NCBI RefSeq assembly: GCF_006345805.1
Contig: NC_043010.1
Coordinates: forward strand, 58,032,001 to 58,096,000
Source: Octopus sinensis
Lineage: Eukaryota
Direction of reading: 5' to 3'
DNA: 64,000 nucleotides
Shown here: positions 1-12,987 of the stretch, piece after piece
Numbering within the stretch: the stretch's first letter is position 1
Layout of the letters: each line of letters starts with the position of its first letter
The notes under the pieces: model-generated
Seen by the model: only the letters and a program-made list of their open reading frames with translations
What the model was told of the DNA's origin: nothing
Database searches by the model: none
Translations under genes and position numbers: made by a program

Positions 1-97
1 GCCATCTTAGTGGAATTTGAACCTAGAATGTAAAAAGGATGAAATGTTGTTAAGCATTTTCTCCAGAGTGCTAAGGGTCCTGCCAGCTGCCTGCCTT
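1..97 (-). mobile_element. tRNA-derived SINE family A, 5' part (truncated by window edge)
   Basis: Reverse complement reads AAGGCAGGCAGCTGGCAG..CTTAACAACATTTCATC..TTCTAGGTTCAAATTCCAC, the same head as the copies at 134-342 and 12988-13210. Confidence 0.6.
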
Positions 98-133
98 CAA
101 CAACAACAACAACAATAATAATAATAATAATAA

Positions 134-342
134 TCCTTTTTACCAGAGGCACAAGGCCTTAAATTTTCAGGGAAGGGAGTAGTCAATTACATTGATCCCA
201 GTGTTTTCACTGGTACTTAATTTATTGACCCCGAAAAGCAAAGTCGACCTTGGCGGAATTTGAACTCAAAACATAGTGGCAGACAAAATAGCACTAAGCA
301 TTTCGCCCAGCGTGCTAACAATTCTGCCAGCTTGCTGCCTTT
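134..342 (-). mobile_element. tRNA-derived SINE family A (full length)
   Basis: Minus strand has an A-box-like AGCTGGCAGAATTG, a B-box GAGTTCAAATTCC, a central GGTCGACTTTGC..GGGGTCAATAAATTAAGTACCAG block and an (ATT)n tail. More than 10 homologues occur in the window. Confidence 0.85.
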
Positions 343-355
343 TAATAATAATAAT

Positions 356-850
356 GATTGGTATGACCACAAACCCGAAGGCATCATAGAAATTGATAAT
401 GCAAAGATCCTGTGGGATTTTATGATTCAGTGCAACCATGAGATAGAGAATAGGAAACCAGACATAGTCTTAATTGAGAAAGAAAACAAACTATACTGGA
501 TCATGGAAATAGCATGCCTAGCTGACAACAAGGTATGCGATAAGGAAGAAAGAAAAGTCGAGAGATATGGGAGGTTAGCTTGGGAGGTTAAGCAGTTGTG
601 GTCGATGAAAAAGGTGGTAGTATTACCAATAAATGTTAGAGCCCTGGGAACAGTGAGTAAAAATTTTGAGAAGTAAATGGAACAAATAAGGGCTACAATA
701 AGGGTGGAGCACTTTCAGAAAACAGCACTGCTTGGAACTGCTCGAATACTCTGGATGGTGCTCGAAAAATAAGAGGTATTACCTTAGTTCATTAGTAGTG
801 AACAGCCAACACTATAGTACATCTCCAGCGTTAGAAGCTGTGCAAAGGCA
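356..850 (+). mobile_element. Non-LTR retrotransposon 3' fragment, R4/Dong-like restriction-like endonuclease (copy 1)
   Basis: Translates WYDHKP..KILWDFMIQCNHEIENRKPDIVLIEK..EIAC..D..KVERYGRLAWEV..LPINVRALG..FQKTALLGTARIL, i.e. the RLE PD-(D/E)xK C-terminus. It has an internal stop at 674-676, then a 3'UTR and a TAA-type tail. Confidence 0.85.
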
Positions 851-867
851 ATGATAATACTAATAAT

Positions 868-1470
868 GTAGTGAATGTAGCATGCTGGCACAGAAAGATT
901 ACAAGAAAAGACATGACAAACTAGGGAGAGTAATCCATTGGGAGCTATGTAGAAAGCTAGGATTTTATTACACTGGTAAATGGTATGAACATGAAGCTAG
1001 TAAAGTGCCAGAAAGAAAGAAATATAAGATATTGGGGGACTAACATTCAGACTGACAGAGTAATAGAAGCTAGAAGGCCTGATTTAGTAGTAGTAGATAA
1101 GGAGAATAGAAAGTGGCAGATAATTGACTTTACAGTCCCAAACGATGAAAAGATTAAAAAGAGAGGTATAGAAAAAATAGCAAAGTACCAGGACCTAGCC
1201 ATTGAATTAGAGACTATGGAATGTGGGGGTAAAATGTAACCCTGTAGTTATAGGTGCATTGGGAACTACCCCTAAAGATCTGAACAGATGCATAGAGGAA
1301 ATAAACATAAAACCCAGTTTAGTAGAGCTCCAGAAAACAGGGTTATTAGAGACAGCTAGGATACTTAGGAGGGTTCTTGACATCTAAGGTTACTTGTAGC
1401 CTGATGCTAGGATTTTTTTCTTTTCCTACAGTTTAATCTGTTGTGTGTATATGAAACAAATAATGGTTTC
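868..1470 (+). mobile_element. Non-LTR retrotransposon 3' fragment, R4/Dong-like (copy 2, different subfamily)
   Basis: Frameshifted translation DYKKRHDKLGRVIHWELCRKLG..KWYEH..NIQTDRVIEARRPDLVVVDKENRKWQIIDFTVPND..KIAKYQDLAIEL..PVVIGALG..LQKTGLLETARILRRVLDI*. Confidence 0.85.
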
Positions 1471-2279
1471 TTTCATTCATTTTTTAAAACTAGCTTCTGA
1501 TCTTAAGTGATTGGAAGTGTTATCATGTGCAGGCTTTGACTTGTTATAAAAGATGGGCTGCAGAAAATATTCTACTCATTACCACAGATTTTCTTGGCAG
1601 TTGTTTGACCATAACCAGTTGAGCCTGTCCCTTAATGGCTGACGATATGCGCATCTCTGATCATGAGCAGAAGTAGTGGTGGGGACATAATAGCCATGTG
1701 CTAGAGAGGAATTCTTTGGGAGTTTGAATAATTCACCTCTGGAAATAGGTGTTTCATTCATCATCCTAAAACAAACCTTATTCAGGGAGGTTTTGAGTGA
1801 GATGGGATAGTGGACCCGAAGAAAATATGATGATGAAGTACATGAACAAAAATCTGAGAAATTGGGGTATTTATTTCAATCAACCCTAATACTTCAGAGG
1901 AATTTTGCTATTGACCATGGAGGGCTGAAATGTCCCAGATGACCTCAGCAAAATTTCAGCACAGAATACAATGTATGTATAGTTCTGTCTTGAGCGCTAG
2001 GACTTCTGAGGCCAGTTCCTCAGTTTCCATGGAGATCACCACATTGCCCCAGGATGGGACATCACAGAATTACACATTTACAGCTGAGTTGACTCGACTA
2101 ATGCATCACCCAGTCTGGGAATTGAAATCACAATCATGTGATTGGGAGTGCAATGCCCCAACCACTTAGCAACATACCTTTACTCAGAGTACAAACTGTC
2201 CAAAACAAATAGCAAAGCTCGAACTACTCTGACAGTTGACTACTTTTGGTCAGGACTGGCCAGGGGTTAAACAGCAACA

Positions 2280-2475
2280 ACTCACCATATATGGAAGTTG
2301 TAGGCAGTCCTTCAGGGGTTTAGGAAATAACAGCTAAATACCCTTTAATCAACACATTACCATCTTAAAAAAACTTGAATAATGTGGTTCATTCGCATCG
2401 GAACAAAGACAGGGTGGTCATGGCTAGATTTGTTTGCTGAGTCTGGGCTTACTTGAGCTTTAACAACAACAACTG
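2280..2475 (+). mobile_element. Old SINE-like family C 3' part (AGAAATAGCAGCCAAAT...GGTCATGGCTGG...AAACAACAAC)
   Basis: The same degenerate motif order recurs many times in 2-32 kb and 59-63 kb, with a (CAA)n tail. Confidence 0.55.
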
Positions 2476-3216
2476 CTGTGTATAAAACTTTAATTACCAT
2501 ACACCGAACAGGGTGACATGTTGATGGTCAACTGAACTGCTAGAAATAGCAACCAAATTTGAGGTGAGGGGTGAAAAGAATACATTGGCTAATGCTGTGC
2601 TAACTGTATATCATGTCTTAATGACATGGTGGCCAAGGTAGGCATGTCGTTGATCATACAGCAAGTTGGTCAGGACAGACCAGCTACTAAACAACAACAC
2701 CAATAACAAAACTTGCTACTAATACTACTACAATTGCTGCTGCTACCACTACTACTACTGCTGCTGCTATTAATACTACAGCAGCAGTAGTATTAATACA
2801 CACACACACACAACATATAAGCACACACACACACACAGACATAAATACTTGCTGCTGCTACTACAGAGACAGACAGACAGACAGAATATCCAGTAAGAGA
2901 GGAGGGAGGGGGAGGAGGAGGCTGGCTGGCACAACAACAAACAAACAACAGTCTTCATGGTAATCAATATAAAATCTCATTGCATATTTACTGACAATAT
3001 CACACAATATCATAGCATCTCCCAGCCTCCACCTCCTCCTCCTCCTCCTCCTAACTTTACTCTTACTGCAATATAGCAACTCTCTTTTTCTTTCTCTCTT
3101 AATAGCTCATGTACTAGCTATTTGCCTCTCTCTCTCTCTCTTTCTCTCCCTATCTATCTATCAATCTGTCTGTTTGTCTATCTACCTACCTATGTCTATC
3201 TATTAATCTCTTTCCC

Positions 3217-3257
<41 letters not shown>

Positions 3258-3268
3258 ATACATATATA

Positions 3269-3306
<38 letters not shown>

Positions 3307-3318
3307 ATATATATATAT

Positions 3319-3362
<44 letters not shown>

Positions 3363-3583
3363 TATATATGCATACATATATATACATACATATATACATA
3401 TATACATATATACACATACATAGAGTGATAGATATTTACATACAGAGGTTGATTTGTTCTATGAAACTTGTTAAAGTAGTGCTCCAGCATGGCTACAACC
3501 TACTGAAACAAGTAAAATATAAAAGATTTTATATCTATCTATCTATATGTGTATGTGTGTATATGTATGTATGTATGTATGTC

Positions 3584-3628
<45 letters not shown>

Positions 3629-4299
3629 GTGTGTGTATATATATATATAAAATTGTGTATATGAAGTAAGTAGAAGAGAAACTGGACAGGGTCAGATATA
3701 CTAAGCCAAGGCAGAAGAAAGTTTGTCCCTGTTTTAAGAAGTAAGGAGAAGGGTGAGGTGTGGGCAGTGGACCGGAGAGGAGGGGGGGGCTAATAATGGT
3801 TACAGCAGACGGAAAGAAGCCTGTAGAGGAGGCTGTTGAATGTGGAGCATGCATGGGTGAGAGAGGGACACATGTAGGAGTGGGAAGGGAGAGCAGCCGT
3901 TCAGGAAGACAGTTGCATGCTTATCAAATGGGATTAAGACTGAGAAATCCAGTGAGACAGATGGGTCGAGCAGGGATCATTGTTGAAAGGATTAATGGTA
4001 GAGTAATGCTAGTTAGTACTAGTCACATGTATAGTCAGTGAAGGTTTAGTGCCTCCAGGGACATGGACAGGGGTTCAAAGTGGAGAGAGATAATACCAAA
4101 CTGTTTGGTTGAGTTCTAAAACACAGAGAAAGAATTGGCTGAGGAGAGACGCAGCTTGGAAGGGATGCTAAGTGAAGAAGAAGACAAGGAGGAGGAAGAG
4201 GAAGAAGAAAAAGAAGAAGACGAGGAGGAGGAGGAAGAAGAAGAAGCATTTAGCTAGATCCTACTCCAATCATTTGTTGAACATGGTTCACTACTCTGC

Positions 4300-4430
4300 A
4301 ATCTGATAGATGCTTAGGAAACTGAGGGTAAATGAATATCTTGTGAGAACTGAGAACTGTAGAGGCCATGTTCAGCAACAGACTCAGCCAGGTGAGCAAT
4401 GAACAATGAGTTTGACAGTGAATCTAACCT
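4300..4430 (+). mobile_element. Decayed RTE-type reverse transcriptase fragment
   Basis: Translates approximately LRKLRVNEYLVRT..VEAMFSNRLSQV..NNEFDSE, matching the RTE RT segment LRKLGVDEWLVR.VQAMY....S.VRV. Confidence 0.45.
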
Positions 4431-5996
4431 TCAGGGAGGGGGGGTTGTCCGTGTATTAAAGTTCTCCAAGCCAGCTCTGCATAGGAACTTTTGTATGCTG
4501 AGGAATAAGTTCTTACAGATGAATGAGTGGAGGATTTAAAGAAGTAATTCCTGAGAGGGAAACAAAACCTAGGATGAAGGCACTTTCGGACAAAATTAAC
4601 AAATCCTTAAGTTTTAGTAAGAAAGAAAGCAAGACAGGGTTCTGCTTGCATCAAGTGGCAAGATGTGGGCTTTGAATGCAGAAGATTTGCACTGACAAAG
4701 AAGAAATGAAGCAAAGATGGGTAATGTTAGATGAAGAAGAGAAGAGAGATGAGTTGAGAAGACGACTGGATGTGAGATGCAGTGTGGAAGAGAGAGAACA
4801 TTGCAGTCATACGGTGGCTTAATATGGTGAAGTAATCAATAGATGAGGTTTATTGATATCTTGGTAGAAAGGAGAGTCAGTGTTGTTGTTGTGTTGCATG
4901 TTATAGAGCAAAGTGTTGGTGTGAAGGTCAGGGATGGAAATGGCTTTAGGAACTCATGAAAGAAATGACAATGAATCAGGAGAATTGGTGGCACACAGTG
5001 AAGGAGAAGAAGCATCCACCGGTGCCAGCAGGGCAGAATGGTTGCTAAGATATCGGTGGTGGTGGTGGTGGTGGTTAAGACATATATCTTACGTTGGGGT
5101 CTCTCTTTCCCATCCTGTTCTTATCAAGTCTCCATCTACTGCCCTCTATGTTACACTCTTCCCTCTTATTCATTATGTACCAAACAACCTGTGTAACGAA
5201 GGATGGTGTTTGATGTGTCTGTATTTAATCCCTCCACCATCACCCTTTATAGGTCTACTTCACTTCCACCATCCATCATTCTATCTCTCTTCCATCACAA
5301 TGCCGTCGTAATCAAGAATTACAGTGGATAGGCCCATATTCAATATCTCCAACTATCACCCGTCTCAAGTACTACACGTCATTCTCTCTCCTGCCAGTTT
5401 CTCCCCACCCCCATGACATTTTCCATTCTCCCCATGGCCACCTCTATTGCTGTCCATCATCCACTACCTCTTATAATCACCTTTTTTTATAATTATCCCA
5501 TAATGTTGCTCATGTTAGCTTTATATTCAATTTCTTTATTAACAACCAATGTGTACCCATCTCCCTCTCTCCCTCTCTCTCTTTCATTGATCCCCTTCTT
5601 TACCATTCTTATCCTCAGTATCCTGTCACACCTATACTCGTGCACTCTACTTTTCTGCTCTTTTGCCCATCAAACTCTTCTATTCACACCCATGGTCACT
5701 AAAGATAAAGAGATTCTTTAGTTGTGCAGAGACCAAGACAATCCCTCTAGTGTTGGTGCCAAGATTAAAGACTGTAAAATAGTTGGTGTTAGGGAAGACA
5801 ACCCAATCATAAAAACCATGTATGAGTGAGAAGTGGTCCCCCACCTATCTAAAAGGATAAAGATTCCAAAAAACAATGACTGGGGCCAATCCAGCAGACC
5901 AGACATGTTTCCATGGAACCTTGTGTGACAGTAATATTCATTTACAATTAGCATGTCAAAGACATTGGAGCATAACCACTAACATACACATGTATG

Positions 5997-6054
<58 letters not shown>

Positions 6055-6216
6055 GAAAAGAACCACCTTTTATCAATTCAAAATGAACAATTAAATTACA
6101 CCATCTAGAAAATTACATATAATAGAAATATTAACATTAAAATAACAATAAAATGTCAATGATTAAGTAAATTGCAAAAAAATATATAATAATTATTATT
6201 TATATATATACACACA

Positions 6217-6650
6217 CAGGGTGTGATGGGTAAATTGTCGCCATTTTATAATGTTAATTTCAGGCATGCACACTGTTCGTTTTTGATTTTGTTGACTACA
6301 CAGTATAGTAGGGTCAGTTGGGCAAAAAACTGCACCATGACACAATTCACTCTGCCAGAAATTTAGAAATAACATGCTGTACTGCTTGGCATTTATGCTA
6401 GAAGCTCCAATACAAACAGATGGTGAACACACAGAACAACCGTTGGCTTGCCGTGTCCCAAAAACATGTACTGAGAGTGATAAAATTCAAACATCCAGTC
6501 AACATCATTTTGCTTGAAGTGGTCAATAGTAATGGTGATATTATACTTCCATTCATCTTCCCACACAACCTCAGACTCAACATAAAGGCCTACATCAAGT
6601 ACCTGGAGGAGGTGGTGCTGCCCTGGGTCAAGAGGGTGGCTGCTGGAAGA
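6217..6650 (+). mobile_element. Tc1/mariner superfamily, maT (DD37D)-like transposon: left end plus internally deleted transposase
   Basis: CAGGGTGTGATGGG terminus after a TA/CA tract. Peptide NTQNNRWLAVSQKHVLRVIKFKHPVNII..VVNSNGDIILPFIFPHNLRLNIKAYIKYLEEVVLPWVKRVAAGR is typical of maT-like transposases just upstream of the second catalytic D. Confidence 0.8.
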
Positions 6651-7394
6651 TCTGTCATGCTTCATGACAGTGAAACATGGGCTGTGACTGCGGAGGACAT
6701 GTGTAGGCTCAGAAGAAATGAAGCTAGTATGATCCGCTGGATGTGTAATGTCAGTGTGCATGCACGACAGAGTGTAAGTGCCCTGAGAGAAATGTTGGAC
6801 ATAAGAAGATGTGGTGTGCAAGAGAGACGTCTGCGCTGGTATGGTCATGTACTATGGATGGATGAGGAGAGATGTGTGAAGAAGTGCCACTCCCAAACAG
6901 TAGAAGGAACCCGTGGAAGAGAGAGACCCAGGAAGACATGGGATAAGGTGGTGAAGCATGACCTCTGGAGATATGCTGTAACTGAGAAGACCCAGCAAAT
7001 AAAGTGAGATTACAGCTGTACTGTACACCAGTGTCGCATAAATACCCCACCCCACTCAAAAAGTACCTTTGGATCATAGAGTGACATGCTGTGCTTGAGG
7101 AGACCTATTGAGGCAAGTACATTAACATCAAAATCAAATCAAACCACAATCAAACGTAAATTGTAGTTGTGGATGATGCCAGCGCCATCTGTCTGGCTCC
7201 CCATGCTGGTGGCACATAAAAAGCACCCACTACACTCACAGAGTGGTTGGCGTTAGGAAGGGCATCTAGCTGTAGAAACCTAGCCAGATCAGACTGGAAC
7301 CTGGTGCAGCTTCCTGGTTTCCCAGACCCCAGTTGAACTGCCCAACCAATGCCAGAATGGAAAATGGAGGTTAAACAATGATGATGATGATGAT
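6651..7394 (+). mobile_element. RTE-clade LINE, 5'-truncated (ORF C-terminus, 3'UTR, (GAT)n tail)
   Basis: Peptide SVMLHDSETWAVT..RLRRNEASMIRWMCNV..ERRLRWYGHVLWMDEERCVKKC..VEGTRGRERPRKTWDKVVKHDL. The 3'UTR contains GTTGGCGTTAGGAAGGGCATC and ends ATGATGATGATGAT. Confidence 0.9.
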
Positions 7395-7419
7395 ATGTAT
7401 ATATATGTATGTGTGTGAA

Positions 7420-7655
7420 GGCACATGGCTCAGTGGTTAGAGCATCAAGCTTACGATCATGAGGTTGTGAGTTCGATTCCAGGACCAGGCTGTGTGCTGT
7501 GTTCTTGAGCAAGACACTTATTTCATATTGCTCTAGAATCTGGGTTCAGTTCCACTGCGTGATATCGCGGGCAAGTGTCTTCTACTAAAGCCTTGGGCTG
7601 ACCAAAGCCTTGTGAGTGGATTTGGTACATGAAAAACTGCAAGACGTCCATTATT
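7420..7655 (+). mobile_element. tRNA-derived SINE with CORE-like block, joined to a family B SINE fragment
   Basis: A-box TGGCTCAGTGG (7426), B-box GTTCGATTCC (7471), GTGTTCTTGAGCAAGACACT. Followed by GGGTTCAGTTCCACTGCG..GGGCAAGTGTCTTCTAC. Confidence 0.75.
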
Positions 7656-7926
7656 GTATGTATGTTTGTGCATGCATGTATGTATGCAGTGATGTGTGTG
7701 CATGCATTTGCGCACATAAGGGTCATGTATATATATGCACAGAGCCACATATGTAATTTTATGTAGATGTAGAATAGTGTAGAGAGAGGGTGAGGGATGA
7801 TCCATTTAAAGTGCCACCTGGTGGTAAATAGAGCATACAAAAGAATATTTGAAGTCAAAGAAACTGATTGGTGGTCATTATTAATAATGACTGCCTCAGT
7901 CATTATTAATTATGTGTGTGTGTGTG

Positions 7927-7974
<48 letters not shown>

Positions 7975-10900
7975 GAGACAGAGAGAGAGAGAGAGTTCTT
8001 GAGAGTTGGGCTGCGTGATCCTTGGATCTTAACATACAATTATATATATATATATATACGTATACTACCATGCTATAGTGTTATATGTAGAGCACTAATG
8101 TTGAAGTCCCACTAGTACACCGGTGTCACACCAATACAACTAAAATTTGTTGTTATTTAGCCTCAGGTCAACCCTGATAAAGCAACACTACAAATAAAGA
8201 CATTCTGTCTGTGACCATCCAGTCACAATATATGTTGATTATATTATCCAATATGTCCTTGCATTTGTTTATTTGAGACATAAGGGAGAGTTGGCTGCTA
8301 TTATTCCCTAAGTAGGTAACCCTATTGCAGGCTCCTCTGCTGGTTGATCAAATAAAATCTGTGAGATGTCAAGTATAATTGGAAGGGCCAAATACTTCCA
8401 AATGGACACAGACATAACAACATCATCAATGACCACAACCCCATGAGGTTGCTATAGACCTATTAGAAAGAACAACCAAACTTCCCTCAAATCACATTAT
8501 ATTAAGGAGGTTATCGTTCTTCTGTTTCTGAGTGAGTGAAGGAAGAATGGTAGCATCTTTGACCTTTCTCATGGTCTCCAAGAGTGTTGAGAAGAAGTGG
8601 GGAATTGAACTTTGGGCTGGAAACTCCATGAACCAAATTCTTGCCACAAAATATACTCCACTGAAGAGATTTAAGGGTGAAATGGTGTGTTAGACTAGGG
8701 AACAACTTTATTCCATCTCTACCCAACAACAGTAGAAATCTCTCTGACAGGCTTCATGCAAGTTTTATTTCTTAAATCTCACTTAAAATACTGTATGTTG
8801 AGCAAGGTGAACTGTTCCAGAAGCAAAGATAATAAGGGTCATGGCTAGAATGTTATTTGATTACAGCTTAATCTGTTGCATAACAACTGACCAATGGCAA
8901 AACAACAACAACAACAATAGCGTTCATATCTGAGCTTGTTTTTGTCCATGGGATTATTGCCACCCACCTTATCCACTTGACCATTCCATCTTCCCATACT
9001 ACACAGTGAAAATCTGACATTTAACAAGTTAAGGAACCCTCCAATAAGAAAGATGAGATGAAGAAGGCCAGTAAATATACAACAGACATTAGCTGTTAAT
9101 TTCCTGGAAATAATTACCAATGAGCTGAGAGTAGGGGTTCCATTCACAGGAGGGGGGGGGATCTCTCTTCATCAGAGAGGGACACAGAGTCTGTTGAGAA
9201 TATGTTTGTAGAGAGAAGGGTGAGGTTGGTAGCTATCTATCTATCTAGATAAGCAGACAGACAGACCGACAGATAGAGAGGTAGACAGACAGATAGACTG
9301 ACAGAGTGAAAGAGAGTACAACAGCGAAACGGATTTCTAAAAAGAGAAGGAGAGCATAAAAAGAAAGGAAGTGTGCGTGTGTGTATGCATGGATGTGCAA
9401 GTGTGCGTTTTCAACAAGTCAAACAATGAGAACAAATAAGAAAGAAAGAAAGGTTTTGAGAAAATCTGGAGGAAGAATGAGTGATATTCATGCATGTTTT
9501 CATAAAAAAGAAGGAAGATATGATGGAGTTAGAAGGAAAGTTAAAGAAAGCAGAAGAAATAGATTTGAATGTTATCATCGAGAGAGAGAGAAAGAAAAAG
9601 AGAGAGCCAGAGAAAGGAGAGTTTATGAGAGAAAATAGAGCAGAAACAAGATGGCCGACAGTCTGCTGCTTTCAGCGACATAAAGCCGTCGTCCATAACA
9701 GAGGCCGACTCTTTTTTCAGATCCAAACTCCAATAAGCAAAGTGAAATGCTCTCCGTATCACACACACAGACACAGATGCTGTAGTAAACACCATGTCTG
9801 TTGTTTATTAATGTACAACTAATGCATCATTCACGTGTGACTACTACAACATCCCAAGCCATATTAAATGTCGATATTTCAGTAGAGGAGATGGCTGGCT
9901 TATACACCACCTTGGAAAGAAAAAACACCATCTTTGAACCAATGACAACACTTATATGTGCTTGCTTAACCTGCTAAAAATAACACTCAAATCTTCTTCA
10001 AAATCACACTCTACAGCCCTAGAAGTGGAATGACAGTTTAATAATGTAGACTTTCATGATATTTGTAAAAAGAAGAGATAGTCATGTATGGAACATTCTA
10101 AACAGAAATCTTTTGGATCAGGGATGGCTTAGGGTTAAAAAACACCAACGTATGCATGTGTGAAACTTTGTCTGTCAAGAACTGTATGTTCTACACAAGA
10201 TATAATACATCTAATGTACCTATGTTTAACTATTTAAGTTACACTTTATGTCGTGTTGTGTGTGTGTATGTAATATGTGTAAACCAATTCCATGAGTGCT
10301 TCCCACACACAGAAACCACACTTCCCATTATCCAAACCATGCTGCCCCCCCCCCCACATTGCCTCCCTTTCTCTCCTTTCGCAAATGGAGTAGCCATGTT
10401 TCTCCTCTACTGCAAGACATCAGCTCCTGTTCTTCTGTCATTGTTTAACCTCTCATCTCCTGGCACAAAGCCACTTCCATCAATATTACATCCCATTTAC
10501 TTAATGGGGGTCATGTCTTGTGAGTTATTTGGTGACTCCCCCTCCCCTAGTCCCAGTACCAAGACTCTTCATACACTCTGTAAAATTGAGGGCATTAGGA
10601 ACAGCACGGAGCCATAGAAACCATGCCAAAGTGGACTTTGGAACTTGGTATTTGTCTGTCGGTCTGTCTATCTGTCTGTCTATCAATCTATCTATCTACC
10701 TACCCATTTATTTATCTGTCTGTTTGTCTAGTGGGAGGAAATATAGCTTCATGAGCCAATGGGAAGTCCTTATGTGATTTGCGCTGTAAGAAATAGCAGC
10801 CAACTCACCCTCTAAATACATCCTATAATCTTTAAAGTACACATTATAAGATAACATTATATAATGTACTCTGAGATAGACACTGGCTGAACATAACAAA

Positions 10901-12029
10901 TGGTGGTCAAGTTTGGAACGTCATTGATCATAGGTTTACTGGATCAGACCTGACCTGGGACTAAACAACATGTCACAAAGAAACTCAGCATTAACAGGTT
11001 TTTTCCTTTCTTCTTATTTCTTCTGTCTTCAAGAAATCAATAGAAATGTCTTCTCTCTCTCTCTCTCACTTTCTCTCTCTATTTATATATATATATATAT
11101 ATTACACATATATACATATATATTATGTATATACATGTATCGGTGTGTGTATACACACACAATTACACAAAAAGAGTGAGAGAAAGAGAGAGTATTGTGG
11201 GTGGAGGGGTAGTTACACAATTAGATAGGGGTAGACATCACCATTACTCTTACATCTACTGATGTACATAACACCATAGTTGGAGCTGCTGCTACTACTA
11301 CTACCACCACCCGCACCACCACAACCACAATCTCTGTTGCTACCACTACTACTACAATATGTTTCTCTGTGTTGTATGTTTATTGTGTGACTGTTCCATC
11401 CATGACCATCTCATCTATTCCATAATATATCCAGAAACCAATTAGTACATTCATTCATTTTTAATTAGGTAGTGTGGAATGTGAAATAGCTTGGCTGTTA
11501 TTTCTAACAGGTCTACACAGAGAATCATTAGTCCCTTGCCTTGTATATTAAAACATCAAACCCTTCCATCTATGAGGGGTCAGAAAATGTGGACTTGTAT
11601 GTTTCTACCCCATGTTCTTCACCCCAACCCTCGGCCTGGAAATGTAACAAACCCACATCTAAGACAAAAAAGCCATCAAGGAATTTCTTCCAGCTTCCCT
11701 TCTCAACATTGACAAATACCTTGAACCTAGAATGTGAGCATTCCTAATGAAAACCCAATCAAACAGCATCACCCAGACCCCTAACTATCCCATGTAGACC
11801 TTCAAGCATCTGTGTAATATTCCTCCTTGATATAACCATCTCCCAGACATTCCTCTCTCCAACTCTTATTACATATAAAACACAAACATTCCACCCTCAA
11901 TATGTAATAAACTGAATGCACCATGCTTCACCCTGATTAGTGATGGCATCAGTAAAGCTTTCCACTCCATTCCTTGCTACAAACACCTCCTCTTTAACAA
12001 ACAACACAAAATACTGACCTCTAGCATTT

Positions 12030-12560
12030 TTAGAGTAAAAATTGTTTGCCAACATAACATGGCAGTCCTGTTTTAGGACGAATGTTGCTGTAATCTAGCC
12101 CCAGGAGACATCGTCTCCAGCTGGCTATACGACACGATCTGTGTCCTTATATTTTCAAACAAGGGACTCTAGCACCCCCACTCAAAACTATCTGTGTATC
12201 AAAATTTCCAGGTTATTTCCCTTCATCGGCACAGAATAATCGTTCGGCTAGAAGTGGCACTGCCAAATTCCCATTCAAAATATATAGTTTTCAAAGTGAC
12301 AACTAGTCACTGATCTATAAATAAGAAAATTACTATTTTTGAATCTCACAACGAGAGATATTCAGTGACAGTAATTTAGAGTAAAACTTTTTGCCAACAT
12401 AACATGGCAGTCCTGGTTTAGGACAAATGTTGCTGTAATTTATCCCCAGGAGACATCGTCTCCAACTGGATATACAACGTGATGTGTGGCAGAAATCTAT
12501 TCCAAAGCACTGTTACTGAATATCTCTCGTTGTGAGATTTAAAAATAAGTAATTTTCTAA
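12030..12560. mobile_element. Non-autonomous DNA-transposon-like element with internal direct and inverted repeats
   Basis: ~110-bp direct repeats (12028-12138, 12373-12483), ~49-bp inverted repeats (12324-12372, 12509-12558) and a flanking direct repeat TCTAGCATTTTT (12020-12031, 12561-12572). Confidence 0.6.
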
Positions 12561-12947
12561 TCTAGCATTTTTGTCCAATAAACCATAAAATATACAACAG
12601 CAATAATATCCAGTTTCCTGACTTGAATATGCCAAGGTGACATCCTCTCACCTGCCCTTTTGAATCTATGCCTACAGGAATTTCCTGTGCCATCAGAGAA
12701 CATTAGCTATAACCACTTCTCACAGCTAAAACATCCAAGTTCTGTTTCACACCTCCACAATATTACTATTATTATTATTATTGAGTGAGGGAGTAGTGCA
12801 TGCCCTCAAAATGACACAAAATATATGAAGCCCAGTATACCCATCATGACCACTTGTCTCATAAAGGTACACTAGGCACATGCATCACTCATTCCAAGAT
12901 AAACAGCATACGGCCTTGTAGGTGGGGCCCAGTTAGAATTGTCTTCA

Positions 12948-12987
<40 letters not shown>

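Noticed and set aside
7420-7490. tRNA gene
   Set aside because: A and B boxes are present, but there is no complete cloverleaf/acceptor stem and it continues into SINE body sequence.
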